Shown here: positions 20,207-32,600 of the stretch, in pieces
Position numbering within the stretch: the stretch's first letter is position 1
Layout: each line of letters begins with the position of its first letter
Assembly (NCBI GenBank): GCA_938085445.1
Contig: CALKGR010000004.1
Location: forward strand, 32,001 to 96,000
DNA: 64,000 bases
Reading direction: 5' to 3'
DNA from: an uncultured Rubripirellula sp.
Lineage (GTDB): Bacteria > Planctomycetota > Planctomycetia > Pirellulales > Pirellulaceae
Translations under genes and position numbers: made by a program
Notes under the pieces: model-generated
Told to the model about the DNA's origin: nothing
What the model saw: the letters and a program-made list of their open reading frames with translations, nothing else
The model's database searches: none

Positions 20207-21754
20207 TCAATTGGGTTTAACGGATCGGTTTTTGCTCTTCTGCTTGTTCTTCTGTTTACCCGAATCGCCAACAGGCCGACGCAAATTCAGTGGGGCCTGC
20301 TCAGTATTCTGAGCAACCTCATACCAACGGTTTTTCAGAGCTTCCAAATCACCAGGACGACTGCTGGCTAGGTCATTGAGTTCTGAACGATCAACAGCGA
20401 GGTCGTATAATTCCCATGGCCGTCCTTTGACCGAAACCGCCTTCAGATCTCCCTGACGTAGGGCGCGGTTATTGGAAAACTGAAAGTACAGCCAAGGATG
20501 CGGTTCACGCACATCGCCTGCAAAGATTGGCGTCAATGAGCGGCCCTGCACCGGGGTGATGCTACGCCCTTCGTAGGATACCGGGTAGTCCGTCTTTGCA
20601 AGCTCAACACAGGTCGCCATGAGATCTATCAAATGAGCTGGTTGATCGGTCACACTTCCCGGTTTCATCTTTACGCCTGGACCAGACACGATCATCGGTG
20701 ATGTGATCCCACCTTCATGCTGATTTTGCTTGTACCACCGAAACGGAGTATTGCCGACATGTGCCCAACCCACATCGTAAGTCCAATACGACTTTGGATC
20801 CCAGGGACGCAATTGCTTTCCACGAGTTCGCTCAAAAGGACAGGCTCCGTTATCACTGCAAAACATGACTAACGTATTTTCAGCTAGCCCTGAATCATTG
20901 AGACGCTTGAGCAAGCGTCCAATATTCTGATCCAAGCAATCCACCATTCCTGCATAAGCAGCCATTCGCTCCGATTCCCATTGACGCTCTTCTTCGGACA
21001 AATCCCTCCACGCAGAAACGCCCTCTGGCCTTGGTGAAAGCTTGGTGCCCTGAGGCAGTATGCCAAGTTGTTGCTGTTTCTCAAAACGTCGTTCTCTGAT
21101 CTTATCCCAACCAACATCATACCGACCCTCATACTTTCGAAAATCAGACTCTTTGACATGCAATGGATAATGTGGTGCGTTGTATGCCACATAAAGCAAA
21201 AATGGTTTCTGCTCTTCCTTGCTTTCGTCCAAAAACTTCAACGCGTAGTCGGTCTTCGCATCAGTGGTATAAAATCCTGTTGCCGGAACTTCAAATGGCT
21301 TTCCATTCAAACGAAACGTGTCATCTCCTGTGAAGAAGTTTGTCGCTCCGCTTAGGTGACCAAAATACCGATCGAAGCCACGTTCGGTCGGCTGACCATC
21401 AAGATGCCACTTGCCGACCATCATCGTTCGGTACCCCGCTGGCTTGAGCGCCTCCGCCAATGTCACTCCCCGGTCCATTTGTTGGTTGCCTGCTTGAAAC
21501 ATATACAAACCTGTCAGCAAACAGATTCGAGATGAGTGACATTTGGCAGTGTTGTAAAACTGGTTAAAACGCAAACCCTGGTTCGCCAGCCGATCGAGAT
21601 TTGGCGTCTCAATCTCTGCCCCATAACAGCCGAGGTCCGAGAAGCCGAGATCATCCGCCATGATCAACACAATATTGGGACGCGAATCAGCAGCTGTCAC
21701 CAAGCTGGAAATCGCGAAACAAAAAACAAAACCAAAAGCAATCAAGAAACGCAT
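20207..21754 (-). CDS. Arylsulfatase (formylglycine-dependent)
   Basis: RPNIVLIMADDLG, CHSSRICLLTG, GKWHL, NAPHYPL, SDNG; signal peptide. Confidence 0.93.
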   Translation of the reverse strand: MRFLIAFGFVFCFAISSLVTAADSRPNIVLIMADDLGFSDLGCYGAEIETPNLDRLANQGLRFNQFYNTAKCHSSRICLLTGLYMFQAGNQQMDRGVTLAEALKPAGYRTMMVGKWHLDGQPTERGFDRYFGHLSGATNFFTGDDTFRLNGKPFEVPATGFYTTDAKTDYALKFLDESKEEQKPFLLYVAYNAPHYPLHVKESDFRKYEGRYDVGWDKIRERRFEKQQQLGILPQGTKLSPRPEGVSAWRDLSEEERQWESERMAAYAGMVDCLDQNIGRLLKRLNDSGLAENTLVMFCSDNGACPFERTRGKQLRPWDPKSYWTYDVGWAHVGNTPFRWYKQNQHEGGITSPMIVSGPGVKMKPGSVTDQPAHLIDLMATCVELAKTDYPVSYEGRSITPVQGRSLTPIFAGDVREPHPWLYFQFSNNRALRQGDLKAVSVKGRPWELYDLAVDRSELNDLASSRPGDLEALKNRWYEVAQNTEQAPLNLRRPVGDSGKQKNKQKSKNRSVKPN

Positions 21755-22332
21755 AGTAAACCAATGAATGGCAGGTTATTTAATCGCTCAGCACGGCAAC
21801 TTAACCGCCTGACAACGCTCATCTCATAAGGCATCCGAAACTCAGCATCAAACAAATCTCGGGTCGGAAAATCTGGAACACACACTTCGAAGTCGACCGA
21901 GTTTTCAATCTTAACGCACGCCCACAGCATACTTTGCAACATACTATCCCATGAGCCACGAATCTTGCGTGCTAAAGTGAAATGCAATCACCGAAACCAC
22001 ACACTCTCTGGTCGGAGGATTAGAAGGCAAGCGTTTCAAACAACCATACTTTTTGCCTGACTCCTGTACCTTGATACGAATGTATCGTAATGCACTCTAA
22101 AATCGAAGGTGATGCGTATCCTACTCAGCCCAAAAGCAAAACGAAATGGTCGCGACGCAAGAACCACAACAAGAGACCACCTGCCCAGCCGAATACGGTG
22201 CTGCCACGATCGTGCCGGTGCTACCAACAATCAAGCTGCAGTGCAGATTGCCGCTGGCCAGCTTTTTGGCGGCCAGATTGTTGAACAAGTCTGCTTAGGT
22301 CACCGCCGGCGCATGATCCAGCCAGACTCCTA

Positions 22333-23088
22333 TCACTCTGATTTCTCATTTTGAATCTCAGAGTCGGCTCCCGCACAAGTAGTCGTAATGCACGCAGTTT
22401 CTCGAAGTTTGAATAACACAATCGCTGCACCAGCAAGATAGGCAAAGATACCGAAGATCCAGGCTGAAAAGAACTGTTTGGACTGTGGACTGTCCGACTC
22501 GACTGCCTGGAAGACCGACTCGGAAAAATCGCCCCAACCATGAATTCCAATTGGTACTGCCAGCATCAGCACGCCAAATAGCAAACGATGATGACTTCCC
22601 AGCCAACACTTGGCAGCAAAATACCCCATCACCAACTGCAAGCTCGCATGCCCTGCGACGATCGACAACAGACGGTTCAACGATACTGACCAAGGAGTCT
22701 CCGAAGCAAGCACAGCGGTGACATTTTCGATGGTCGTAAAACCGATGGCGACCGCAACTGCCACAGCAACGACTTCTGCATCTGTCCGAATTCGTACACC
22801 TTGAAACAGCTTGAAAGTCAACAAGAACCCCAAAAAGATGCAAAGCTCCTCCGAAACCGCTGCACCTAACACCTGCTGAACAAATGCTTTCTCATAGATT
22901 CCCGATAATCGATCACCTGCTCCTTCGATGATCGTTTCCATCAAATAGACAGGAACACAAGCTAAAACTCCCATAGCAACTCCTGCCCAAAGCACGACAA
23001 ACATCCGGCTATTGAACCGAAAAGCACCCACGAGCCCCAGTAAGACAAGGGTCGGAACCATTGAGATCAGAAGCGGAAAACTTTCCAT
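22333..23088 (-). CDS. PrsW-family intramembrane metalloprotease
   Basis: Multi-TM; SEE motif, GFTTIEN, GHAS, IHGWGD. Confidence 0.8.
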   Translation of the reverse strand: MESFPLLISMVPTLVLLGLVGAFRFNSRMFVVLWAGVAMGVLACVPVYLMETIIEGAGDRLSGIYEKAFVQQVLGAAVSEELCIFLGFLLTFKLFQGVRIRTDAEVVAVAVAVAIGFTTIENVTAVLASETPWSVSLNRLLSIVAGHASLQLVMGYFAAKCWLGSHHRLLFGVLMLAVPIGIHGWGDFSESVFQAVESDSPQSKQFFSAWIFGIFAYLAGAAIVLFKLRETACITTTCAGADSEIQNEKSE

Positions 23089-23165
23089 TCAAGCACCCAA
23101 AATCACAACAAAAAACCTGAAACAGACCGCAGATCTGCGGAAAGAATCTTCCTGTCACGTAAAGT

Positions 23166-24587
23166 TCAATTCGCAACAAACTCAAGAATGCGAACAGCAT
23201 TCCCTTTGCTTGCTTGATGACTACTTTTTGCAACACGCATGGTCAGGCGATGAGCCCCGCGTTTCAGCCCGGTAGCCAACATCACCGTACGAGGGTAGTG
23301 CAAACCTTTGCTGAACCGGTGAAAAAGTTCTGCCATTTTGAAGTCCCCCCCATCGATCGAGTATTCCACACGACCGGCGTCCGGGCCTGCGAGAACATAC
23401 AGCCCAATAGCCTGCCCATCGAAATCAAGTGTCAGTTCAGCATTGGCATCATTGGTACATAGCATCTCAAGTTCGGTGAAACGTCCGCGTTTACCTCCCG
23501 GAATCGAATCCCAAGCGGGCACAGCGAACGCCCATGCACTATCGCAGTCGGCTTTTGCACCCGAAATCAGGGCTCCCTGCGAGTAACTCGCTGGATCGAG
23601 CGCACTTACCTGTTTGTGCGCGATTGGCTTGCGCTGCTCAAGTTGCTCGGCATCCGCCCATGCTGCATCGAACAACTGCTCGATCATGTCTGCAGCAATG
23701 CGATTTCCGGCTGGCTTGGGATGAGTTCCACCATACGTCTCCCAAGTCAATTGATCCGCCTGAATGCGTTCGGCAACTTCCCTGGCTAAGTCAATCGTCG
23801 ACACCCCATAATGCGCAGCCACGGTTTCATGGGCGGCACTGCTGACAGGTGTCTTCTTTTGTTTCAACAGCGCGAGCATTGGTGGATTCACAAAGTGCGT
23901 AACAACCATGTCCATTGCTGGATTCGTGACGCGAGCTTGCCGCAAAATACCCTCCATCCCGCGTCGGCACTCACGGTCCGCGTGTGAAGCATCCTGATCA
24001 TCATTGACCGCGAATTCCACGAAAACCAGATCAGGTTGTGCCGACAAAACATCGCGGCTCATACGATGGGCACCCGTTGTTGAACATGTTGAACTGATAC
24101 CCGCATTGACGAATTTGAAATTCGTGTCCGGAAAACGTCTTCTGAGGTTCTCCTCGACCATGACACGATAACCACTCATTTCAGTGATCGATCCCCCGAT
24201 GAATGCCACTGTGCCTTTCTTTTTACTGGCAAATGCAAACCACGAGTTATTGAAGTGATTTCGAAAATGAACGTTCGCAGAACGGTCTCCCGCTTCTGGC
24301 GATGTGTCGACATATCGACGCTGCAGCGCTGAACGCCTGAGGCTGCTGTACCTAGCAACGACGCCCTTGCCAAGACTTCCATCGTGACTCTGATTAAAAA
24401 AACCATGCCTAGCACCAAGAGATTCCACAAACTGACACGCATTCAACACTTTGTGTACAGAAGCAGGTTCTTGTGAAGACACCACCGACGGCACCACGTG
24501 AACAGCCACACCTTCTGGGCAGTCATCCGCCTGCGTAGTGGTAATTCTTAGAATCAGCAACAGCACAATGAAACAGGCAAATCGCAT
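23166..24587 (-). CDS. SGNH/GDSL hydrolase with C-terminal beta-sandwich domain
   Basis: FIGGSIT, NAGISST, EFAVND, THP..AG; signal peptide from MRFACF. Confidence 0.85.
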   Translation of the reverse strand: MRFACFIVLLLILRITTTQADDCPEGVAVHVVPSVVSSQEPASVHKVLNACQFVESLGARHGFFNQSHDGSLGKGVVARYSSLRRSALQRRYVDTSPEAGDRSANVHFRNHFNNSWFAFASKKKGTVAFIGGSITEMSGYRVMVEENLRRRFPDTNFKFVNAGISSTCSTTGAHRMSRDVLSAQPDLVFVEFAVNDDQDASHADRECRRGMEGILRQARVTNPAMDMVVTHFVNPPMLALLKQKKTPVSSAAHETVAAHYGVSTIDLAREVAERIQADQLTWETYGGTHPKPAGNRIAADMIEQLFDAAWADAEQLEQRKPIAHKQVSALDPASYSQGALISGAKADCDSAWAFAVPAWDSIPGGKRGRFTELEMLCTNDANAELTLDFDGQAIGLYVLAGPDAGRVEYSIDGGDFKMAELFHRFSKGLHYPRTVMLATGLKRGAHRLTMRVAKSSHQASKGNAVRILEFVAN

Positions 24588-25010
24588 GGGACGCTCTCTA
24601 CGGTAACAACATTTTTCAAACTCACGAAGTTGACAGTCGTCACACACCAGTCGCAAGCGGGAAACAGCCAAAAGCTTACACCAATCTCAAGCTAGGCTTG
24701 GCCCACCAGAAGGTAATTTATGTCGGGGAAGTTGGCTTTACCGATCAAAACCCTCGCATCGAGCAGCAGCACAAATCTACGAGCAGCACCTTTCCAGCAG
24801 TGACACTAGGCGTGACATTCTCAAAACAGAAACGGATTTCAGCCCAAAAGACGTCCGTACCATCTCGAAAACACCTCACCACCTCTGACAAAATCGGAAA
24901 CAGCTTGTCCTGCAAAACGAGGTTCAGTCCGCTAGAATCAGGACACCTCAGTAGTCAGCGCGGACCTCGACGGCACATATCGCCGTCTCTCGTTTCGGCA
25001 AATCAATCTT

Positions 25011-26513
25011 ATGATGGAAGATTCAGGCATCATGTCAACTGACCAGATTTTAAATAGGCGTTTTCACAAACGCGGCGTTCTTTGGCTCACACCAGTCGCA
25101 ATTCTTGCTGCGTTTTGGCTCACCGCTGGAAACGAGTTACATGGTCAAGATCCAGCTCTCGAAGCATTCCGACTCATGCATGCCGAACTTCAGCAACAGA
25201 TGGCCGAAGACATCGATCAGGCGATAGTCTTTTTAGATGCTCAAGTGACGAAACAGCCGGAATCCTCGGACGTACAGGTTTTGCGTCATAGCCTTGGGTC
25301 AAAACTGGCTGAGGAAGCACGGTATGCCGACGCACTGACCCAATACCAAAAACTGCTTGAATTCCAGATCGCCCACCTCGCGGAACAAGACCAGCAATAT
25401 GGCGTGGGAATGACTCTACGAAGCCTTGATGAAATCAGCCAACTTGCAAATCGAGGCGAAGCCATGGACAAGGCTGTCGACAAAGCCCTTACAGCTTTCC
25501 AGGCATTACCTCCAGAGACTCCTCGTGCTTGGGATCCACTCTCCCAATTAGTGGTATTGAAGGCTCATTCATTGATTGAAGACGATCAAGCCGAAGCAGC
25601 AACGACGCTGATCGCCAAGCAAGCGCAGGCACTAGAGGATGCATGCAGCGACGCAGAAGCAACCGAAAACACCATGCTCGCCCACATTGCACTGCTGAAA
25701 AGGCTGACCAGCCCAAATCGAAATAATGACCCATGGAGAGACAAATCTATTGCAAAGCTGGAAATGGCGACCAGGACCGCTTTTGAACGTTTTCCAAAAT
25801 CCATGCGATTGCAAAACAATTACGCCGAAACTCAATATCTGATGATCACGCAATGGGGACAGGCTGACCCGGAAGCGAATGAGAAACGAATTGAAAGTGC
25901 ATTTGCAAAACTCAGCCTTCCAGCGATCTCCAATCGTTCGGTCAATGCAATCCTTCGCCGGATTGAGATACATCGCGAACGCATGCAGGCGGCGAAACCA
26001 GTAGCGACTCTAGTTGGCCAAATGGCACCAGAATGGGACATTGATGGCTGGGCAAATACAGTGGGAGTGACACGCAAGTCATTTGAGGGGCAAGTCGTTC
26101 TACTTGACTTTTGGGCGATGTGGTGTGGTCCTTGCATTGCCACCTTCCCGCACCTACGCGAATGGCGTGAGGAGTTCGGTGACCAAGGATTTGAGATCGT
26201 GGGTGTTACCCAGTATTACAACTTCGAATGGGATGACGAACAGAAGCGAGCCTCACGTGCCTCAGGTGAAGTCACGCCTTTACAAGAGAGAGAAACACTG
26301 GCGAGTTTTCTGGAACACCATCAACTCGAACACCCCGTCATGGTGGCTCCGAAAAATAGCGAAATGAGCAGTAACTACGGCGTCAAGGGAATCCCTCATG
26401 CTGTGCTCATCGACCGTGATGGCACCGTCCAACTCGTAAAAACTGGAGCAGGGCCAGACACAGCCAAAGCGATTTACGACAAGATCAAGGAGTTACTCGC
26501 GAAAGGTAAGTAG
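25011..26513 (+). CDS. TlpA-like thiol-disulfide oxidoreductase with large N-terminal helical/TPR domain
   Basis: VVLLDFWAMWCGPC, YGVKGIPHAVLIDRDG; N-terminal hydrophobic segment. Confidence 0.9.
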   Translation: MMEDSGIMSTDQILNRRFHKRGVLWLTPVAILAAFWLTAGNELHGQDPALEAFRLMHAELQQQMAEDIDQAIVFLDAQVTKQPESSDVQVLRHSLGSKLAEEARYADALTQYQKLLEFQIAHLAEQDQQYGVGMTLRSLDEISQLANRGEAMDKAVDKALTAFQALPPETPRAWDPLSQLVVLKAHSLIEDDQAEAATTLIAKQAQALEDACSDAEATENTMLAHIALLKRLTSPNRNNDPWRDKSIAKLEMATRTAFERFPKSMRLQNNYAETQYLMITQWGQADPEANEKRIESAFAKLSLPAISNRSVNAILRRIEIHRERMQAAKPVATLVGQMAPEWDIDGWANTVGVTRKSFEGQVVLLDFWAMWCGPCIATFPHLREWREEFGDQGFEIVGVTQYYNFEWDDEQKRASRASGEVTPLQERETLASFLEHHQLEHPVMVAPKNSEMSSNYGVKGIPHAVLIDRDGTVQLVKTGAGPDTAKAIYDKIKELLAKGK

Positions 26514-26670
26514 CGTTCCGGCTGAGAGAGTTGGGCTGGTTGTGTAGCACTTGTCAGGACCTCCGTAGGATTTATTGACCGCACGCAGATCCGCATTCAC
26601 GCCCTTAGTCAAAACAGAGACACTTCGCCGTCGTGAGCCCGCCACCGAAACACTCGCTGATGTCATAACA

Positions 26671-29600
26671 TCACCTTGCGAACCGCCCGCCTCTTGAAAA
26701 TGGCTGAGATTGTGTTCGCTGAGCTTGCGATGGTGCAGCAGCCTCGGGGCTGGATGCCAAGAACATGCGTTTTGAATATTGTGGGACCGTCACCATCAGT
26801 TGAGTCTGATCATCTTCGTCAAGCAGGTTATTCCCGGGATCACTATCCAGATCAGCTTGTTCATAAGACATGACCTGAAAATCAACGAGCGACATCCCAC
26901 GTTGCAGAGTTCGGGCCTGAAGTACAAGGGTCGCGACTGAGCCGGCCTCAATACTTCCGATCTGCCAAGTCTCCTCACTCTCTGGCAAACCATAAATGCC
27001 TCGCTGAGGAATGACACGCAGCAGTTCAAGGCCAGCTGGAATCGCGATGTCTGCAGTCACACCGGTAGCCGTATCCGGGCCATCGTTGGACACAGTGAAT
27101 GTCATTTCAACAATGTCACCCAGCGAAGGATCCGCATTGTCAGCGAAAGCGGATACTGAAATATCAATCAACTTGGGAGCAACGGCCACCGCACCGTAAT
27201 CGTTTTCGGATGTATCGCCATTATCAGGTGTGCTATTGGGATCGTACTGTTCTGATCGAATCACTTCGGCAGTAGTGATGATTGGTTGCTTTGAGTCGAC
27301 CACAACGACCAGTTGCATTGACGCGGCAGACTGTGCGGCAATGCTTGGTATATCCCACAACCCCAAAAATTCGTTGTACACACCGGCTCCATTGGCGACC
27401 CTGACAAAACCCAGACCGTCAGGCAGAATCGAACGCACTGTGACCTGGGTTGCATCGCTTGGACCGTCATTGAAGACAATCAGCGTATAAAACAGTTCCT
27501 CGTGCTGATTTGGGGTAGCATCACTTACGTCGATCAACACCCGAAGATCTGCGATCTGTGGGGTCACTGTGACAGCAGCATAGTCATCCTCAGTCACATC
27601 ACCGTTATTCGGTATTGAATCAATGTCCGGCTGGTCGCACTGAAACACCTCGGCCTCATTCACCAATGGATCTGGACTATCGATGCGGGCCTCGATTATC
27701 AACTGCGGCACCTCCCCCACACCAACTCCTCCAACTTGCCACAATCCCAGAGTGGGGTCATAGACTCCCTGGCTCGGCTTAATTTCCAGCACGAAGAAGC
27801 CGTCCGGCAATGCGTCGCGGACGATAACACCCGTTGCCGGAGAAGGACCTTGATTCGTGAGTTCAAGCGTGAAAGTGACGTTACCTCCAACATTCGGATT
27901 TGGATCATCCACGATCTTCGTTAAGGCCAAATCAACCAATTGTGGTGTGAGACTGACACTGGCCTGATCATCTTCCGTCGGATCATTGTTACCTGGTGTG
28001 CTGTCGGGGTCATATTGACTGGACGCAATCACTTCAGCAGTATTGATTTTCTCGCCAAGACTGCTAACGGCCACAGTGATATCCAGCTGCTCCTGACCGC
28101 CTTCTCCGATCGATGGAACTCGCCAGATCCCATTACCGGACGCGTTGTACGTCCCTGAGGTTGCCTCGTAAGAAACAAACGTTAACCCGGCAGGAATCTG
28201 ATCCAGCACTTGCACGTCCAAGGCTTCATCAGGGCCACCATTATGAAGCGTGACCGTGTAAACAACCTCCGTGAGCACGCCAGGATGGTCATCACTGACA
28301 GATTTCGTTACCGACAGATCAGCACTCGCAGTGGTGTTTGTAATCGAAGCCTGATCGTCTTCATCATTCCCGTTACCCTCAATCCCGTCATCGTTCCCGG
28401 GAGTACTATCAAAGTCGAACTGGTCGGCCGCGATCACCTCGGCACGATTCGTCCATGTCCCAGGCAACGTCACATCAGTGATGATCTCCAAAGTCGCCTC
28501 AGTCTGGGGCGCCAGAGATGGAACGGACCAGACACCATCTGAGAATGCCCCCACCGATGGATCACTGCTGGCAACGGTTACTCCACTGGGGAACTGGTCC
28601 TGTACTTTGATTCCCGTTGCCGTGTCCGGACCTGCGTTCGATACAGTGAGCGTGTAAGTGAGCTGACCGTTGACAGAAGGCCGGAATGGCTCGGCTTCCT
28701 TGTTGAGAGAAAGATCAATGATCGTTGGGCGAACAGACACAGCATCTTGATCATTCTCTCCCGGCACATTGTTACCGGGCGTAGAATTGGGGTCGGCCTG
28801 ATCAGAAGCTGTAATCTCCGCTGAATTCTCTTTGACACCGATACTCTCGACCTGCGCACCCAACTGCAGCGTGACCACTTCATTGGGATCAATCTGCCCG
28901 ATCGTCCAAACCCCTGTCCCACTGTCAAATGTTCCACGACTGGGTTGATCAGCACTGTACGCTAATCCATCTGGAAGTTGATCAGTCACAGCGACCCCCG
29001 TCGCGGCATCGGGGCCCAAGTTTGTGACCGTGATCGTGAACAAAGAAACTTGATTCACATCCGGCCGCTCATTATCGACTGACTTCACAAGCTGCAAATC
29101 CGCAACTTGAGGAGTGACAGTGGCAGACGCCTGATCATTCTCATTAGGATCATTGTTATTTGGTGAGGAATTAATGTCCGGCTGGTTGGCGGTAAGCACT
29201 TCCGCAACATTGTCCAACGTCCCCACCGCAGTAACTTCCGCCGTGAGATTCAACGTCAAAACTTCACCATTCGCGACCTGACCGACATCCCAAACTCCAC
29301 TTGAGGGGTTGTAGGAACCACGCGAAGCAATGTGACTCTTATAATTCAAGCCCGATGGCAGTGGATCCCGTACCGAAACCCCGGTCGCCTCAGTCACTCG
29401 CGAGTTGGCCAACGACACCGTAAAGTGCACCAAATCGCCGACATTAGGGCGCTCATTGTCGACCACTTTTGTGACTGACAGATCAATCTGCTGGCCAACA
29501 ACATTCACACTGGCTTGATCATCTTCACTTGGAACGTTGTTTCCCGGTGTTGCATCGGGATCCAATTGGTCGAGCGTTGCTACCTGAACAGTATTCGTTA

Positions 29601-32600
29601 ATGGCGTATCGTTGGTAGATTTGGCAGTAATCGTCAGCGTTGCGGTCTGCTGCACCGCTAACTCACCTACATCCCAAATGCCCGAGGTGGCATCGTACGA
29701 ACCGACACCAGCAACCGAACGCTCATAAGCCAGCCCATCCGGTAGGGCATCCAATAGCGTCACCCCGGTCGCGGTATCTTGTCCACCATTGGTGACCGTG
29801 ATCGTAAAATGCACGGGATCACCGACGTTGGGTTTAGCATTGTCAACTTCCTTGGTAACGGACAGATCTGCTGTCGCTAACTCGAAACTGGCCGAGCCAT
29901 AGTCATCCTCAGTCGGATCGGCGTTGCTTGGTGTGCTATCAGAATCATACTGGTCAACAGACTTCACCTCAGCAACGTTGGTAGTCGACACGATGGTATT
30001 GACCACAGCATCTATGGTCAGGGTAGCCGTCGCCCCACTGGCTAAACTTCCAACCGACCACTCGCCGGCACCAAGGTTGTAACTGCCCGAATCCGCGGAT
30101 GACGCTGAGAACGTCAAGCCTGCTGGCAAATCATCTTTAACGACCAAATTCGTAGCATCATTTGGACCAGCGTTATTCACCTGCACTGTGTAACGAATCG
30201 GCTGACCAAAAATTGGTCGAGCGACATCAATGCCCTTCGTAACACTAATATCGATGACGGGTGGTGTGATCGTGACGCTCTGCTGATCATCCTCTGATCC
30301 CAAACCATTGCCCGGAGTGCTATCCGGATCGTATTGATCCGCGGAAGATACCTGAGCCATGTTCTGCTGTGGATCAGGACTATCAATGCTTCCAACAATC
30401 GTCAACGTCCTCTGAGAACCTGCAGGGATTGCCCCAACATCCCAAACCCCAGTACCAGCGTTATAACTACTGCCCTGTGGGGTCTGACCTGACCGGAAGG
30501 TAATTCCATCCGGCAACTGGTCAGTCACAATGACATTGGTTGCGGCATTTGGCCCCTGATTGCTCACGACGATGGTAAACACAACCTCCTGCCCAACATT
30601 GGCCCGGTCATTGTCCACTGCTTTGGATAGCTCCAGGTCAGCTTGTTGCGGTGTGATGGCAACACTGCTCTGATCATCCTCGCCCTCGCTCCCATTGCCT
30701 GGCGTGCTATCAACATCCTCCTGATCTGCCTTTGTGACCTGCGCCATATTGACCATAGCAGCGACATCCGTCACCCGTGCTTGAATCCGAAGCTGCTTAG
30801 ATTCTTGACTTGGTATCAACCCAACAACCCACTGCCCTGTGGAAGAGATGTACGTTCCCGTGCTTGCCGTGAACCCTACGAAGGCAAGCCCACTTGGCAA
30901 GATATCCTGCACTTCAACACCACTTGCATCACTCGGGCCGGCGTTGGCGACGTCCACTGTGAAGGTCACTGTATCATTTAAGTTCGGAGTCGCATTATCT
31001 ACCGTCTTACTGACCGAGAGGTCAATCTGCGTTGCACCTATCGTTTGCGAATCCTGATCATCCTCGCTGGGATCATTGTTAGCTGGCGTTGAGTTAGGAT
31101 CCCACTGGTCACTGGCAAAGACCTCCGCAGTGTTGGTCAACTCATTTGCAGTTGTTGCTTTCGCATTGATCGTAAGCGTGACGTTGCCGCCAACACTTAT
31201 AGAACCAAGCTCCCAAATACCGGTACTACTTGTGTACTGGCCAGCTGTTGTGCTGCTCGAAATGTACTCCAGACCAACGGGCAGCACGTCACGCACAGAA
31301 ACGCCGGTCGCAGTGTCCTGACCTTTGTTGTTGACCGTGATCACGAATGAGATTTCCTGCCCAACGCTGGGGGCATTATTGGTCACAGTCATGGACAAAG
31401 ACAAATCTGCTTCGGGCGCCTGAATCGTCACCGAGCTCTGATCATCCTCGGTCGGATCCCCATTGTTGGGCGTACTATCGATGTCAACCTGATCTGCTGC
31501 AATGACTTCCGCAGTATTGGTTTTGGGGCCTGGCGATTCGACCGTCCCAACGAGCGTCAGCCTTTGACTCGATGCAGGCGAGATCGCGCCGACCGTCCAC
31601 ACACTGGTTCCAACACTGTACTGACCTTGGGTCGCTGAAGCATTTGAAAACGCAATCCCAGCAGGTAACTCATCCTTGACCTCAACCCCGGTTGCCGTGC
31701 TCGGTCCCGCGTTGCTGACCTCCAGCGTATAGGTCACCGCATTACCGACGATCACCAATGTGGGCTCCGCAGTTTTCACTAACGACAGATCTATCGACTC
31801 AGTTATAAAACTCACCGCCGCTTGGTCGTTTTCATTCGCCTGCTGGCCATTTCCTGGTGTACTGTTGGGGTCAAACTGGTCTGAAGCACTCACCTCGGCA
31901 AAGTTCACTCTTTCCCCTGCGGACGTGATCCGACCGCTTAATACAAGCTGTGCGATGCTACCGCTATTGACGGTACCCACAGTCCAAATGCCCGTCGAAC
32001 TGCTGAAACTACCCTGCGTGGGCGAAGCTGCCACAAAAGTAACGCCAGCGGGCAATTGATCACTCACCGAAACGTTGGTCGCAACATCGGGCCCGTTGTT
32101 GGTCAACTCAATCGTAAAGTTGACAACGTCAGAAATATTCGGAGATGCGTTGTCGATCGATTTTGTCAGACTGAGATCGGCTTGCGAAAAATTCGCGAAG
32201 TCCCTCACAATGTTCGTCTCACCGACGGTTCCAACGATGTCTGCTTGCCCATCAATATTGGCCGTGCCAGTGATTTCCAATTCAATTGCACCGACCCTTG
32301 TAAAGTCAGCGCCCCCACCACCAACAACCGTGAAATCAGAGAACGGCAAAAACTCTTTTTGCGAGACATTTCCACCCGTCTGCGGAATCGCCAGAGTGGC
32401 AGAACTAAAGCGGTTTGCTACACCAAACACACCATCATTGGAATACAACCGTACCACTGCCTGACTACCAGCCAAGTCTGCGCCTACTTGCAACTGTAAA
32501 CCAAGTGCGGAACCGCCGTCAGTCAAATCAACACTACCTAAACCGGTGTCGTCGATAACGGCCGCATTGCCATCAAGACCATCCCAACTGACACGGCGCT

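Noticed and set aside
22036..22330. Small membrane-protein gene or remnant downstream of the PrsW-like gene
   Set aside because: Hydrophobic fragments lie in different frames with no recognisable family or clear start
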